Shown piece by piece: positions 49,506-58,775 of a stretch of DNA of 64,000 bases. Where the stretch lies: contig JAYOTG010000001.1 in NCBI GenBank assembly GCA_038150305.1, positions 97,286 through 161,285 on the forward strand. Reading direction: 5' to 3'. How positions within the stretch are numbered: the first letter of the stretch is position 1; each line of letters starts with the position of its first letter. A program made the translations under genes and the position numbers. The notes under the pieces are model-generated. The model was not told the DNA's origin and did no database searches. It saw only the letters and a program-made list of their open reading frames with translations. Source of the stretch: Candidatus Poseidoniales archaeon (GTDB lineage Archaea; Thermoplasmatota; Poseidoniia; Poseidoniales; Poseidoniaceae).

Positions 49506-52274
49506 ATGTTTGCGCTGTTGCGACGTTTGACCGAAGTGTCCACCCATCGGCCCAAAGCCACCCTCGCCTGCGTGTTCGTGGTCATCATGGCCCTGTCGTC
49601 GGGTGCGCAGCACCTCGTGTTTGACAACAGCGAGGACGGATTCTTTCCCGACGATCCAAGCGTCGACCTGCTCTACGAAATTGAGGACGAATACCGTGCA
49701 ACCGTTGATTTCGTCCGCTTGATTGAGACCATCGAATCTGGGGACCTGGAGGACGATGCCACCTGGGAACGTTTGGCGCGTCACGAAGCTGCTCTGCTTG
49801 CGCAGCCGGACCTTGCCCCGAACCACGTGCCCTTGTTTGGGACACAAGCCAACAGCGGGCCGGCAGGACACGCCATGCAGTGGATGGCCCTGCAGGACGA
49901 AGCCATCGCTGAGGCGTGGTTGACCAACCTTTCCGCTGCCGTCCTTGCGGTGGAGACCAGCGACGACGCGAACCTCTCTGCCGCCCTTGGCGGCCTGATG
50001 ACGGCGGCGGCGGACGTACCGAGCGTCGAAGCCGTGACGGCGGACCGGCTTCTCAACTGGAGTTCGGCTGACGCCGCTGCGTGGCTGACTCGCATGGATT
50101 CGGGCGCCAACCTGACCGACGAGATTAACGGGCTGATGGGACGTGTGGCGGCTCTTCCCGGCCTCCATCCAACACGTGCAGCAGAGGTTGGCCCGGCCGT
50201 GGGCATGACCAGCGGCGCGCTTGGCCCCGTGCTTGGCCTCCAGAGCGTCGATTTCCGTGACCTCATCCTGTCTTGCCTGCCCAGCGAGGACCGCGCATCC
50301 CCGTGGGAGAGCGATGGTCCTGTGCTCATCACGTTGGTCATCGACGGCGAGCCTGCCGCATGGGACGTTGACACCTCAGATGAGGTGAACGCGATCATCA
50401 TGGAGCATGTTGTTGCGCTTGAGGACGAGCTCCTCAAGCAAGACGGCGAGGTCGTGCGGACCTTCACCTTCGCTCAGTTCACCGAAGGGGCCAACGCCAG
50501 CCTCGGTGCAGAGATTGGCATCCTGACCTCCTCGGCCTTCGTCTTGCTCTGCATCATCCTCTGGTTCAACTTCCGAAGCGTGCGCGATACGGCCTACGTG
50601 ATGGTCCTGGCCGTGCTGGCCATTGGTGCCACCTACGGCTTGTCCGGCTGGCTGCAGTTTGCGGGCATTGAGATGACCTTCAACGCGGCCATGAACTCCA
50701 TTCCGGTCCTGTTGTTGGCCATCGGTGTGGATTATGGGTTGCACGTCGTGGCCCGCATTCGGGAAGAATACCGGGACGGTGCTCCCCCGGACGCGGAAAC
50801 GGTGCGCGATCTTGACCTCGAGTTGCGACGGCGTGCCGTGCGACACGGCGCCATCATGACCTCGGTGGCCCTGGCCATCGCGATCTTCACCGACGTCATC
50901 GGCTTCCTTTCGTTCCGGCTCTCTTCCCTCGTGTTCTTGCAGGTCTTCGGAACCGTCATCGCCATCGGCTTGCTGATGATCTACCTGCTGAGCATCTCGG
51001 CCCTTCCGGCCCTGATGTTGACCCTGCCGCCCAAGCGCATGGCGCTCGAAAAGGCGGTCAAGACCGAGCCTGGCCGCTGGTCAAAGGCGTTGGCTCGCTT
51101 GTCCGACGACCCGCTCAAAGTGGCGGGCATCGCGGTGCTGCTGCTCTTGCCCATGGGCATCGGCTTCATGCAACTCGAAGTCGCTTTCGACGAACGGGAA
51201 CAACTCAACCCTGAAGTCCCGGTCGTCTCCGATTTCATCCTGCTTTCGGACGAATTTGCACAGAGCCCAGCGCCGATCTACGTCGTGGTTGAAGGCACCG
51301 TGTTCAGCGATGAAGGCAGGGTTGCGTGGAACGCGGCCCTCGCCGTGGTGGAAGCCACGGACGGCACGTCCTCCATCTCGGGCCTCTGGTCCACCTTGGA
51401 CGCACAGCGTGCCCAAGATCCGGATCTCGACGGATTGCTCAACGACGTGGACGCTGGGGCTGACGGTGCATGGGAGGCCCTGTCCACCTGGGCCCTGAAC
51501 AATCAGACCGGCCGAGAGGTTACCGCGGCCACCCTCGCGGCCGATGGGCTGCAGACGGTGATTTCTTTCCAAGCGGAAACCGCCGCGTGGGACGAAGTCG
51601 TGGCGTTCGCCGAGAACACCGCGGAAGCCTTGGACGACGCCGAGGAAGGCCTGCAAGGCGCGCAGGAACTGGCGCTGGCCGGCCGAAGCCTCGTCAACGC
51701 GCAAACCACCGCCGACGTGGCCTCCGCCTCCATCCTCTCGACGGGCATCGTCGCTGGCGTCATCCTCGTCATGCTCGTCGGCATCCACACCACTCGCCAG
51801 CGGAACTTCGTTCGCGGCCTCTCGCGCGGCGTGGTCTCCTGGGTCCCGCTGATGATGGTCGTCGCCTGGGTGTACGGCATCATGGGTTTCACGGGTTACG
51901 ACATCAACCCGCAAACGGTCACCATTGGGGCCCTCGCCCTTGGTCTGGGCGTGGATTACGCGGTGCACATTTCCATCCGCATGGAGGAGGAAGCCGAACA
52001 CGACCCCTTCGCCACCGAACAGATGTGGGTGGAACGCTCCATCTCGACGACCGGTCGAGCGATGTTTGGTGCCGCCCTGACCACCGCCGGTGGATTCAGC
52101 GTGCTCAACCTCTCGAGCCTCCTTCCGCTTCGTTTGTTCGGACAGGCCTTCGTGGTCGCCATCACCCTCGCCCTGCTCGCAAGCCTGGTCATCCTGCCCG
52201 CCTTCTACCGCCGCTTCCTGCACGTCGAAGCGGCGATGGCGAAGGCCAAGCTCGGCGCAGCCGAAGAGGCCTGA
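49506..52274 (+). CDS. MMPL/RND family transporter
   Basis: Two repeats of a large extracellular loop plus TM bundle, with AIGVDYGLH and GLGVDYAVH motifs. Confidence 0.9.
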   Translation: MFALLRRLTEVSTHRPKATLACVFVVIMALSSGAQHLVFDNSEDGFFPDDPSVDLLYEIEDEYRATVDFVRLIETIESGDLEDDATWERLARHEAALLAQPDLAPNHVPLFGTQANSGPAGHAMQWMALQDEAIAEAWLTNLSAAVLAVETSDDANLSAALGGLMTAAADVPSVEAVTADRLLNWSSADAAAWLTRMDSGANLTDEINGLMGRVAALPGLHPTRAAEVGPAVGMTSGALGPVLGLQSVDFRDLILSCLPSEDRASPWESDGPVLITLVIDGEPAAWDVDTSDEVNAIIMEHVVALEDELLKQDGEVVRTFTFAQFTEGANASLGAEIGILTSSAFVLLCIILWFNFRSVRDTAYVMVLAVLAIGATYGLSGWLQFAGIEMTFNAAMNSIPVLLLAIGVDYGLHVVARIREEYRDGAPPDAETVRDLDLELRRRAVRHGAIMTSVALAIAIFTDVIGFLSFRLSSLVFLQVFGTVIAIGLLMIYLLSISALPALMLTLPPKRMALEKAVKTEPGRWSKALARLSDDPLKVAGIAVLLLLPMGIGFMQLEVAFDEREQLNPEVPVVSDFILLSDEFAQSPAPIYVVVEGTVFSDEGRVAWNAALAVVEATDGTSSISGLWSTLDAQRAQDPDLDGLLNDVDAGADGAWEALSTWALNNQTGREVTAATLAADGLQTVISFQAETAAWDEVVAFAENTAEALDDAEEGLQGAQELALAGRSLVNAQTTADVASASILSTGIVAGVILVMLVGIHTTRQRNFVRGLSRGVVSWVPLMMVVAWVYGIMGFTGYDINPQTVTIGALALGLGVDYAVHISIRMEEEAEHDPFATEQMWVERSISTTGRAMFGAALTTAGGFSVLNLSSLLPLRLFGQAFVVAITLALLASLVILPAFYRRFLHVEAAMAKAKLGAAEEA

Positions 52275-52317
52275 GCCCTGAACACCGGTTCAAAGCCACC
52301 GAGATGAGGGAAACAGT

Positions 52318-52941
52318 ATGCGCGCGCTCCTGCTTGTTGTGCTGTTGCTGACCACCTCCCTTGCAGGATGCGTGGCGCCAGAACCCATGCTTGGCGAACC
52401 GATGGAACCCACGACGCCCAGCGATGAGACCCCTGAACGGATGACCATCGTGGCCCCTACTGCAGGACGCAGCGTGGACGAAAGCGCCGTCCTCGACGTC
52501 GTGGCCAGCGCAGACGGAAACGCCACGCTGCTCGTCTGGGTCGCGGCCGGATGCAGCGGCTGCCACGATTGGACGGAAATGATCGCGACCGCTCGTGAGG
52601 AGGGCAACTACACCGATTTGCGCGTCGTCAGCGTCCACCGCTATCCTTCGTTCGAAGACGCTGACGAGGTCATCGACCGTTACGGTACGGCCAACACCAG
52701 CACCGAGGCCACCTGGCCTTTGTTGCTGCCCAGCGACGGCGATACCGTGATCAACGCCGATACCGGCGAAGCGACCGCTGTTGATCTTGTGGACGCGTTC
52801 CAAGGCCCCGTCACGCCAACGCTGCAGGTGCTGGACGGTGAAGGCCACCTCGTGTGGACCTCCAAGACCTACTGGTCGAACACCTCCGTGCTTGACGAAG
52901 CCGCCACCCTCATGCGCTCCCTCAACGAGGCGTCAGCATGA
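52318..52941 (+). CDS. Thioredoxin-fold (TlpA-like) lipoprotein
   Basis: Lipobox LAGC, WVAAGCSGC (CxxC) and cis-Pro VTPT. Confidence 0.75.
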   Translation: MRALLLVVLLLTTSLAGCVAPEPMLGEPMEPTTPSDETPERMTIVAPTAGRSVDESAVLDVVASADGNATLLVWVAAGCSGCHDWTEMIATAREEGNYTDLRVVSVHRYPSFEDADEVIDRYGTANTSTEATWPLLLPSDGDTVINADTGEATAVDLVDAFQGPVTPTLQVLDGEGHLVWTSKTYWSNTSVLDEAATLMRSLNEASA

Positions 52942-53429
52942 CCCCGCTCGCCGAGGCGATGTTCTGGCTGGCCAACGCGCTGATCGTTCCCGTGTGGGGC
53001 ATGATGTGGTTCCTCCCGGATCATGACCTCACCAAGCGCTACATCGGGGACCTGAAGCTGACCTTCTTGCCGCTGCTCGTGCCCTACCTTGTGCTTGCGC
53101 TGCCGGTTTTGCCCGACCTGCTCATGACCCTCGGCACCCAAATGCCAACCCCTGCGGTCGTGGTGGAGTTGTTCGAAGACCCGGACATGGTGGTGCTCGC
53201 GTGGATCCACATCCTCGCGCTGGACACGCTTGCCGGGCGCCACATTTGGCGCCGCATGCTGGTGGCGGGTCGGCCAAGGGCCGTGTCCTTTCCCGTGTTG
53301 CTCTTCTGCCTCCTGCTCGGTCCGCTCGGCTTTGCGGCAGGCATGGCCCTGACGTGGAACGTGGAAGGTTCGGACCTGGCGCTCGCGGGTGAAACCGCTC
53401 AGAAGGCGCAAGATTCGAGCACGTCCTGA
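52938..53429 (+). CDS. ABA4-like / DUF4281 membrane protein
   Basis: P.W..M.F.P....T, W.H.LA.D...G and L....GP.G pattern. Confidence 0.8.
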   Translation: MTPLAEAMFWLANALIVPVWGMMWFLPDHDLTKRYIGDLKLTFLPLLVPYLVLALPVLPDLLMTLGTQMPTPAVVVELFEDPDMVVLAWIHILALDTLAGRHIWRRMLVAGRPRAVSFPVLLFCLLLGPLGFAAGMALTWNVEGSDLALAGETAQKAQDSSTS

Positions 53430-54688
53430 CCGCCCATGTAGGGCTGCAGCACGTCGGGCACCCGCACGCGCCCGTCTTCGAGTTGGTTCTGCTCCATGAT
53501 GGCGACCAGCGCGCGGCTGGTGGCCACGGCCGTGGAATTCAATGTGTGGGCGATGGGCTGGTTGGCGTGGCCGGGCACGCCGGTGCGGATCTGCAGGCGG
53601 TTGGCCTGATAGTCCGTGCAGTTGGAGCAGGACACGACCTCCTTGTACGCCTTGGCACCAGGCAACCACGCTTCGAGGTCGTACTTGCGGCTGGCCACGG
53701 TGCCCATGTCTCCGGTGCAGATGTTGACCACTTCGTAGTGGAGCCCGAGGGCATCCCACAGGTCGATGCAGTTCTGAAGCAGTTCCTCGTGAAGGTCCCA
53801 CGAGCCCTCGGCATCGCTGATCACAATCTGCTCCACCTTGCGGAATTGGTGCACGCGCCAGATGCCGCGGTCGGACTGGCCATGGGCCCCAACCTCCCGA
53901 CGGAAACAGTCGGACACGCCGACGAGACGCAACGGAAGGTGCTCTTCCGGCACGGTCTCGCCCATGTACATCGCCGTGAGCGGATGCTCGCTTGTGGCCG
54001 TCATGTAGTAGCCGTCGGGCTCGATGCCGTACATCACGGTCTCAAAGTCACCAAGATCGGTCACGCCCTCGTAGGCGGTCCTGTTCATCATCACCGGAGG
54101 CTGCACGAAGGTGTAACCGCGCTCGCGGAGGAAATCGACCGCGTAGGCGGAGAGCGCCATTTCCATGCGCGCAAGGTCGCCCTTGAGGTAGTAGAAGCGG
54201 CTCCCGGTGACCTTGGCCGCACGCTCGAGGTCGACCCAGCGGTTCATTTCGATGAGGTCGTTGTGCGTGCGTGGCTCGAAGGCAAAGGTCGGCTTCTCGC
54301 CATGGACCGAGTGCACGGTGTTGCCCGATTCATCGGCGCCGCTCGGCACCGCGTCATGAAGCAGGTTCGGGATGCTCATGCGCACCGCGTCGCGGGCAGC
54401 CAAGGCCTCGTCGACCTCCTTTTCCATCGAGGTGATGCGCTCGCCAATGGAGGCCACCTCGGCGAGCACGCGCTGCATTTCCTCTTGATCGCCAGCCTTC
54501 TTGGCCGCCCCAATCGCACGGGCGGCTTGGTTGCGCTCAGCCCGCAGCACATCGGTGGCCTTGAGCAAGTCGCGCCATGCGCCGTCAAGCCGAATGACCT
54601 CGTCAATGGCGTCGTGCGGAAGGCCGCGCCGATCGTGGTCCGCACGGATGCGCTCCGGTGCGTCGCGGAAGAGCGCGATGTCCAGCAT
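53399..54688 (-). CDS. serS: Serine--tRNA ligase
   Basis: MLD, GSRFYY, TSE, CFRRE.G, RVHQF.KVEQ, SCSNCTDYQ and HTLN.T motifs. Confidence 0.97.
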   Translation of the reverse strand: MLDIALFRDAPERIRADHDRRGLPHDAIDEVIRLDGAWRDLLKATDVLRAERNQAARAIGAAKKAGDQEEMQRVLAEVASIGERITSMEKEVDEALAARDAVRMSIPNLLHDAVPSGADESGNTVHSVHGEKPTFAFEPRTHNDLIEMNRWVDLERAAKVTGSRFYYLKGDLARMEMALSAYAVDFLRERGYTFVQPPVMMNRTAYEGVTDLGDFETVMYGIEPDGYYMTATSEHPLTAMYMGETVPEEHLPLRLVGVSDCFRREVGAHGQSDRGIWRVHQFRKVEQIVISDAEGSWDLHEELLQNCIDLWDALGLHYEVVNICTGDMGTVASRKYDLEAWLPGAKAYKEVVSCSNCTDYQANRLQIRTGVPGHANQPIAHTLNSTAVATSRALVAIMEQNQLEDGRVRVPDVLQPYMGGQDVLESCAF

Positions 54689-54740
54689 GGTGGTGCCTCC
54701 AAGCCGACGAGCGAGGGACCGTCCTCATCAGGCTTCGCCA

Positions 54741-56909
54741 TCACAAGGAGACGCCAAAGGCGAAGAGGCCACTTCCAACGAAGAGCAACCCGCCAATCAC
54801 GTAGCCGAGGATGGAACCGCCGTTGAGCAAGGGCAAACCGGCCTGCGCGCGGCCCGTCGAGACGGCCCGCATCAGGAATGCATAGCCCGCCAATCCACCA
54901 ATGAGGGTGGCCAGGCCGACCATCAGGCCCTCAACACCACCGATGTATTGGACGGCAGAGAGCACCAGCATGCCGGGGAAAATAACGTCGCCGAGGCCCA
55001 TGAACATCGCATCCCTTCCGCCGGTGCTGGCGGTGCTCGAGGATTCGGCCGGTTTGGCCGCCTTCGATGCTGGCTCAGGACGGTCCTCGGAGAATTGTCC
55101 TTCGCCGTAGCCCTCGCTGTCCTCAATGAAGGAATAGTCGCGCTTCTGAGGTGCGACCAGAAGGATCGGCAAGCGCAGGCCGATCATCGTGTCAGCGAGT
55201 TCAAGCATGTGCCTGCTGCGGTACACGGCCCACGCGTCGTACACGGCTGCCGCAATCATGAACACGATGACCAGCGGCGGCACGAAGGTCACACCGAGCA
55301 TGGTGATGACGCCGGCGCCGACCAAGACCCCGACGGTGTTGACCACGTACCACTCAGAATGGACGACGAGGAGCACCATCATCACCACACCGACGACCAA
55401 GCCAATGAGCGTCGCAAGGCCGTCAAAGACGATATCACCGCGGAGGAACATGTCGCCGGTGAAGACGCCCGTGCTGATGTCGCCCTCCTCCACAAGGGCA
55501 ACACGCCACGCTTCGCCGCCGATGACGGCAACGTGCGTGATTTCAGCCACGCCATCGATCACGAAGAGCTTGATGAGGGAAGCGTCGATGTACATGCTGA
55601 GGACCTCGTCGGTCAAGACCCAGACTTCAACGCCTCCTTTGCCGTCAACGTCGCTGATCACGATGTCCTTCACTGCGCCGCCAACGTCGTCCAAGCGAAG
55701 ACGTCCCTCCTCTTCGGGTGCAGCGTCACCGGCGGTCCAGGTGGTGTTCCACGTCCATGCTTGAACGGCTCCGGCTTCGTCGCCGAGCCAAACCAGACGC
55801 TCATCGGGTGCCTCATCGGGCAGGTGCCAAGGCGACGGGCTGACGTGCGCGGTGGTGAAGGCATCCGCATCGTCGGCTGAACGGTCAACGCTCACCGTCA
55901 GTTCGGCCACAGACCGTGGGTTGTCTTGATCATCGAACCCAATGGACGTGTCTTGCAGTTCAATCACGGCAGCGTAGGTTTCGCTGACGACCATCCAGTG
56001 GTCTGGACCGAGAAGTTCACTGTACACGAAGCCGCGATTCAGGTTCAGATCATCTGGAAGTTGCCACGCCGCTTGCTGCCTGTAGGCGATCACGCCCGCT
56101 TCCTCGACGGCCACGTAGCGCCAGAGCACGTCCACGCCGTCGATGATGTACAGATCGTCGCCCGTCATGACGGCAGCGGCGCATCCGACGAGCTCAAACG
56201 GTTCAAGCTGGGAAGGGTCATCCGAGAGTGGCCTGAGTTCAAAGCAAGAGAAGCCGTTGTTTTGGCTTCCGTCATCGTTGATGCTCCATACGTATGCCCC
56301 GTTGAACAGCGTCATTTCCCCGTCCTCGACGGGATGGTGCGTGGCCCGGACCAAATCGCCGTTCAGGGCCGTATCGTCCGAGGGCGAGTGTGGATGCGTG
56401 GCCGTCCATGACGTGGTGCCGTTGGCCCAATCGCCAGACTGCACCGAAGTGATGATGTTCGTCCAATTGCCGTCGTTGTACTCCAGATCAACAAAGACCG
56501 CATGGTCTGGGCCGAAGTCGCCGACGATGTGCCCTTCCGGACGGGATTCTTCTTCGCTCGCGAAGGGAAGAACGCCAGGGTCGTCCACCAGCAAGACATG
56601 CGCCAAAGGAACCGTCGTGTACATCAGCGCGAGGGCGAGGATGCCCATCACGCCGTACTTGATGACCCACTGCGCGCCCATACGAACGAGAAAGAGAATG
56701 GCCGCAGTGAAGATGAAAATCATCAGGAGTTCCAGCATGACGTATCTGACTTGGGTCGACCCGGATTCTCCGAAAGCTTGGAGTTGATTGGCGTCGTAGA
56801 AGGGGCGGATGACCAGACCCAAGAGAATGGTGCCAACAAACATCCCCGCCATGCCCAGCATGGACGCCCATTCGCCGCGGTCGGTGGACGCCGCCTCCGA
56901 GGATGGCAT
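54741..56909 (-). CDS. Presenilin/SPP-family (A22) intramembrane aspartyl protease with large extracellular insertion
   Basis: AVYDAWAVY, MGLGD and QAGLPLLNGG motifs in TM context. Start set at ATG 56909. Confidence 0.88.
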   Translation of the reverse strand: MPSSEAASTDRGEWASMLGMAGMFVGTILLGLVIRPFYDANQLQAFGESGSTQVRYVMLELLMIFIFTAAILFLVRMGAQWVIKYGVMGILALALMYTTVPLAHVLLVDDPGVLPFASEEESRPEGHIVGDFGPDHAVFVDLEYNDGNWTNIITSVQSGDWANGTTSWTATHPHSPSDDTALNGDLVRATHHPVEDGEMTLFNGAYVWSINDDGSQNNGFSCFELRPLSDDPSQLEPFELVGCAAAVMTGDDLYIIDGVDVLWRYVAVEEAGVIAYRQQAAWQLPDDLNLNRGFVYSELLGPDHWMVVSETYAAVIELQDTSIGFDDQDNPRSVAELTVSVDRSADDADAFTTAHVSPSPWHLPDEAPDERLVWLGDEAGAVQAWTWNTTWTAGDAAPEEEGRLRLDDVGGAVKDIVISDVDGKGGVEVWVLTDEVLSMYIDASLIKLFVIDGVAEITHVAVIGGEAWRVALVEEGDISTGVFTGDMFLRGDIVFDGLATLIGLVVGVVMMVLLVVHSEWYVVNTVGVLVGAGVITMLGVTFVPPLVIVFMIAAAVYDAWAVYRSRHMLELADTMIGLRLPILLVAPQKRDYSFIEDSEGYGEGQFSEDRPEPASKAAKPAESSSTASTGGRDAMFMGLGDVIFPGMLVLSAVQYIGGVEGLMVGLATLIGGLAGYAFLMRAVSTGRAQAGLPLLNGGSILGYVIGGLLFVGSGLFAFGVSL

Positions 56910-56991
56910 GCCGTTTCGTGGGAGGGGGCACATTTGACCGCATCGGTGCGAGCAGCGCCATGATGATGTCCCCTCGCCCCTCCCCCGGGCC

Positions 56992-58269
56992 GTGGATGAA
57001 GCGCGCGCTTGGCTGGAGGCGCGCCGAGCCTTCGGCATGGCGCTGGGGCTTGACACCACCCGTCGGCTCTTGGTCGCCCTCGATCGCCCAGACCTGCGAA
57101 CCTCGACCGTGCTTCACGTGGCCGGTTCGAACGGAAAAGGGACCCTGTGTGCCATCATGGCCGCCAAAGCACAGGACATGGGGCAAACCACCGTGCTGTT
57201 CACCTCGCCCCACGTGGCGCGTATCGAAGAACGCGTGCGCGTCAACGGAAGGCCTGTGAGCGCTGAACGCTTCGATGAGGCGCTTCTCCGAGTGAAAACC
57301 TGCGCGGAGGCCCTCGGCGTGGAGCCGACGTACTTTGAGACGACCATGCTGATCGCATGGGCCGTGTGCGACCTTGTGAAGGCCGACGTGATGGTGCAAG
57401 AAACCGGCCTCGGCGGCCGCCTTGACGCCACGCGGGCCACCAGGGCAGACCTCGCCGTGGTGACGTCGGTCAGCGTGGAACATGCGAGCCTGCTTGGCAG
57501 CACGCGGAGCGAGATCATGGTGGAAAAGGCCGCCATCGCCCGCCCAGGCAAACCGCTTCTCATTCGTGACCCAGAGGACAATCTGGTGCTTGACGCTGCA
57601 CGACACACGGCGCAGCGTGCGGGGTCTTACGACCTCGACGAACCTGGACCTGCAAGCGAGGTCATCGTCGCCCCTGTCCCTGAAAACACCAATGTCCGCG
57701 AGGAAGCCTCGCACTTGGCGCATGCCGCCTGCCAGCTGCTCGGGTGGCCCACAGAGGGGCTCGAAGCGCTGGCCACCCGCATACGATGGCCTGCCCGTGG
57801 GCAGTGGGTGGAGGAAGCAGACTCGGCCTGTGGCCCGCTGTTGATCGATGCGGCACACAACCCCTCTGGGTTGGCTCGAGCAATGCCTGGGTTGTGGAAG
57901 GAATTCCAGCAGTGCATCGGGGCGGGAGCTTGGCGTCTGCTCTTCGGCACCTCACCTCAGGACAACCTGCCTGCCATGGTGGCCCCGCTGCTTGAACGGT
58001 GCCGTTTGAGCCACCCCGACCACGTCATGCTCGTCGCGCCTGAGGGCGGGCGAATGCCGGGCGTACCACCGGGTGAACTGGCGGAGTTGGCATGGTCCAG
58101 TTTGAACGGCGTCCACACCTTCCAATCGGTTCACGACACCGTGCGCCACATGCAGGCAGCACCGATGCCGACCCTCGTCGTGGGCTCGCTCTACCTCGCG
58201 GGCAACGTGCTGGCTGAACTTGGCTTGGACGGTGACGATGACTTGAGCCTCCTGCCTTCGCAAGGGTGA
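56992..58269 (+). CDS. folC: Folylpolyglutamate synthase/dihydrofolate synthase
   Basis: HVAGSNGKGT, TSPH....ER, ETGLGGRLDAT, DAAHNP and GSLYL.G motifs. Confidence 0.9.
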   Translation: MDEARAWLEARRAFGMALGLDTTRRLLVALDRPDLRTSTVLHVAGSNGKGTLCAIMAAKAQDMGQTTVLFTSPHVARIEERVRVNGRPVSAERFDEALLRVKTCAEALGVEPTYFETTMLIAWAVCDLVKADVMVQETGLGGRLDATRATRADLAVVTSVSVEHASLLGSTRSEIMVEKAAIARPGKPLLIRDPEDNLVLDAARHTAQRAGSYDLDEPGPASEVIVAPVPENTNVREEASHLAHAACQLLGWPTEGLEALATRIRWPARGQWVEEADSACGPLLIDAAHNPSGLARAMPGLWKEFQQCIGAGAWRLLFGTSPQDNLPAMVAPLLERCRLSHPDHVMLVAPEGGRMPGVPPGELAELAWSSLNGVHTFQSVHDTVRHMQAAPMPTLVVGSLYLAGNVLAELGLDGDDDLSLLPSQG

Positions 58270-58304
58270 AGTCAGCCGACGCAACCCCAACACAGGGGAC
58301 GGCC

Positions 58305-58775
58305 ATGAAGGACAAGCATCTGGCCATCCGCATCGAGCAATGCCTTGCCCTCGCCAAGGCCTCAAACTGCCCGCGACGGCAGTTCGGTGCCTTGCTGGTG
58401 GACCCTGAACGCAACGTGGTCCTCATGGACGGCTACAACGGTGGTCCTCGCGGCGGCGGCCGTCTGTGCGGTGGCGAAGTGTGCTTGCGCGACGCCGAAG
58501 ACGTGGTGAGCGGTACCCGCGTGGAGATTGGCTGCCACCACGCGGAGATGAACCTCATCTGCAACGCTGCAGCCAACGGTGTGCCCACCAAAGGTGCGTG
58601 GCTCATCGTGACCGGTGAACCGTGCATGATGTGCTCCAAACTCATCCACCACGCCGGGATTGGCCGCGTGGTCATCGTCGACGGAGGCTTCGCTGGCGAG
58701 AATGGCGTAGGTTACCTCGAGCACCATGGTGTCGAACTCCAGCGCACCGAAGGTCCGAAGGATCCTCGGGCGTGA
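58305..58775 (+). CDS. dCMP deaminase family protein
   Basis: S.C.RR..GA, GYNG, HAE.N and PC..C motifs. Confidence 0.9.
   Translation: MKDKHLAIRIEQCLALAKASNCPRRQFGALLVDPERNVVLMDGYNGGPRGGGRLCGGEVCLRDAEDVVSGTRVEIGCHHAEMNLICNAAANGVPTKGAWLIVTGEPCMMCSKLIHHAGIGRVVIVDGGFAGENGVGYLEHHGVELQRTEGPKDPRA

Noticed and set aside
53399-53429. Convergent 3' overlaps (ABA4-like/serS, also arsC/alba 18647-18665)
   Set aside because: Short tail-to-tail overlaps are common in compact genomes and there is no evidence of a regulatory role.
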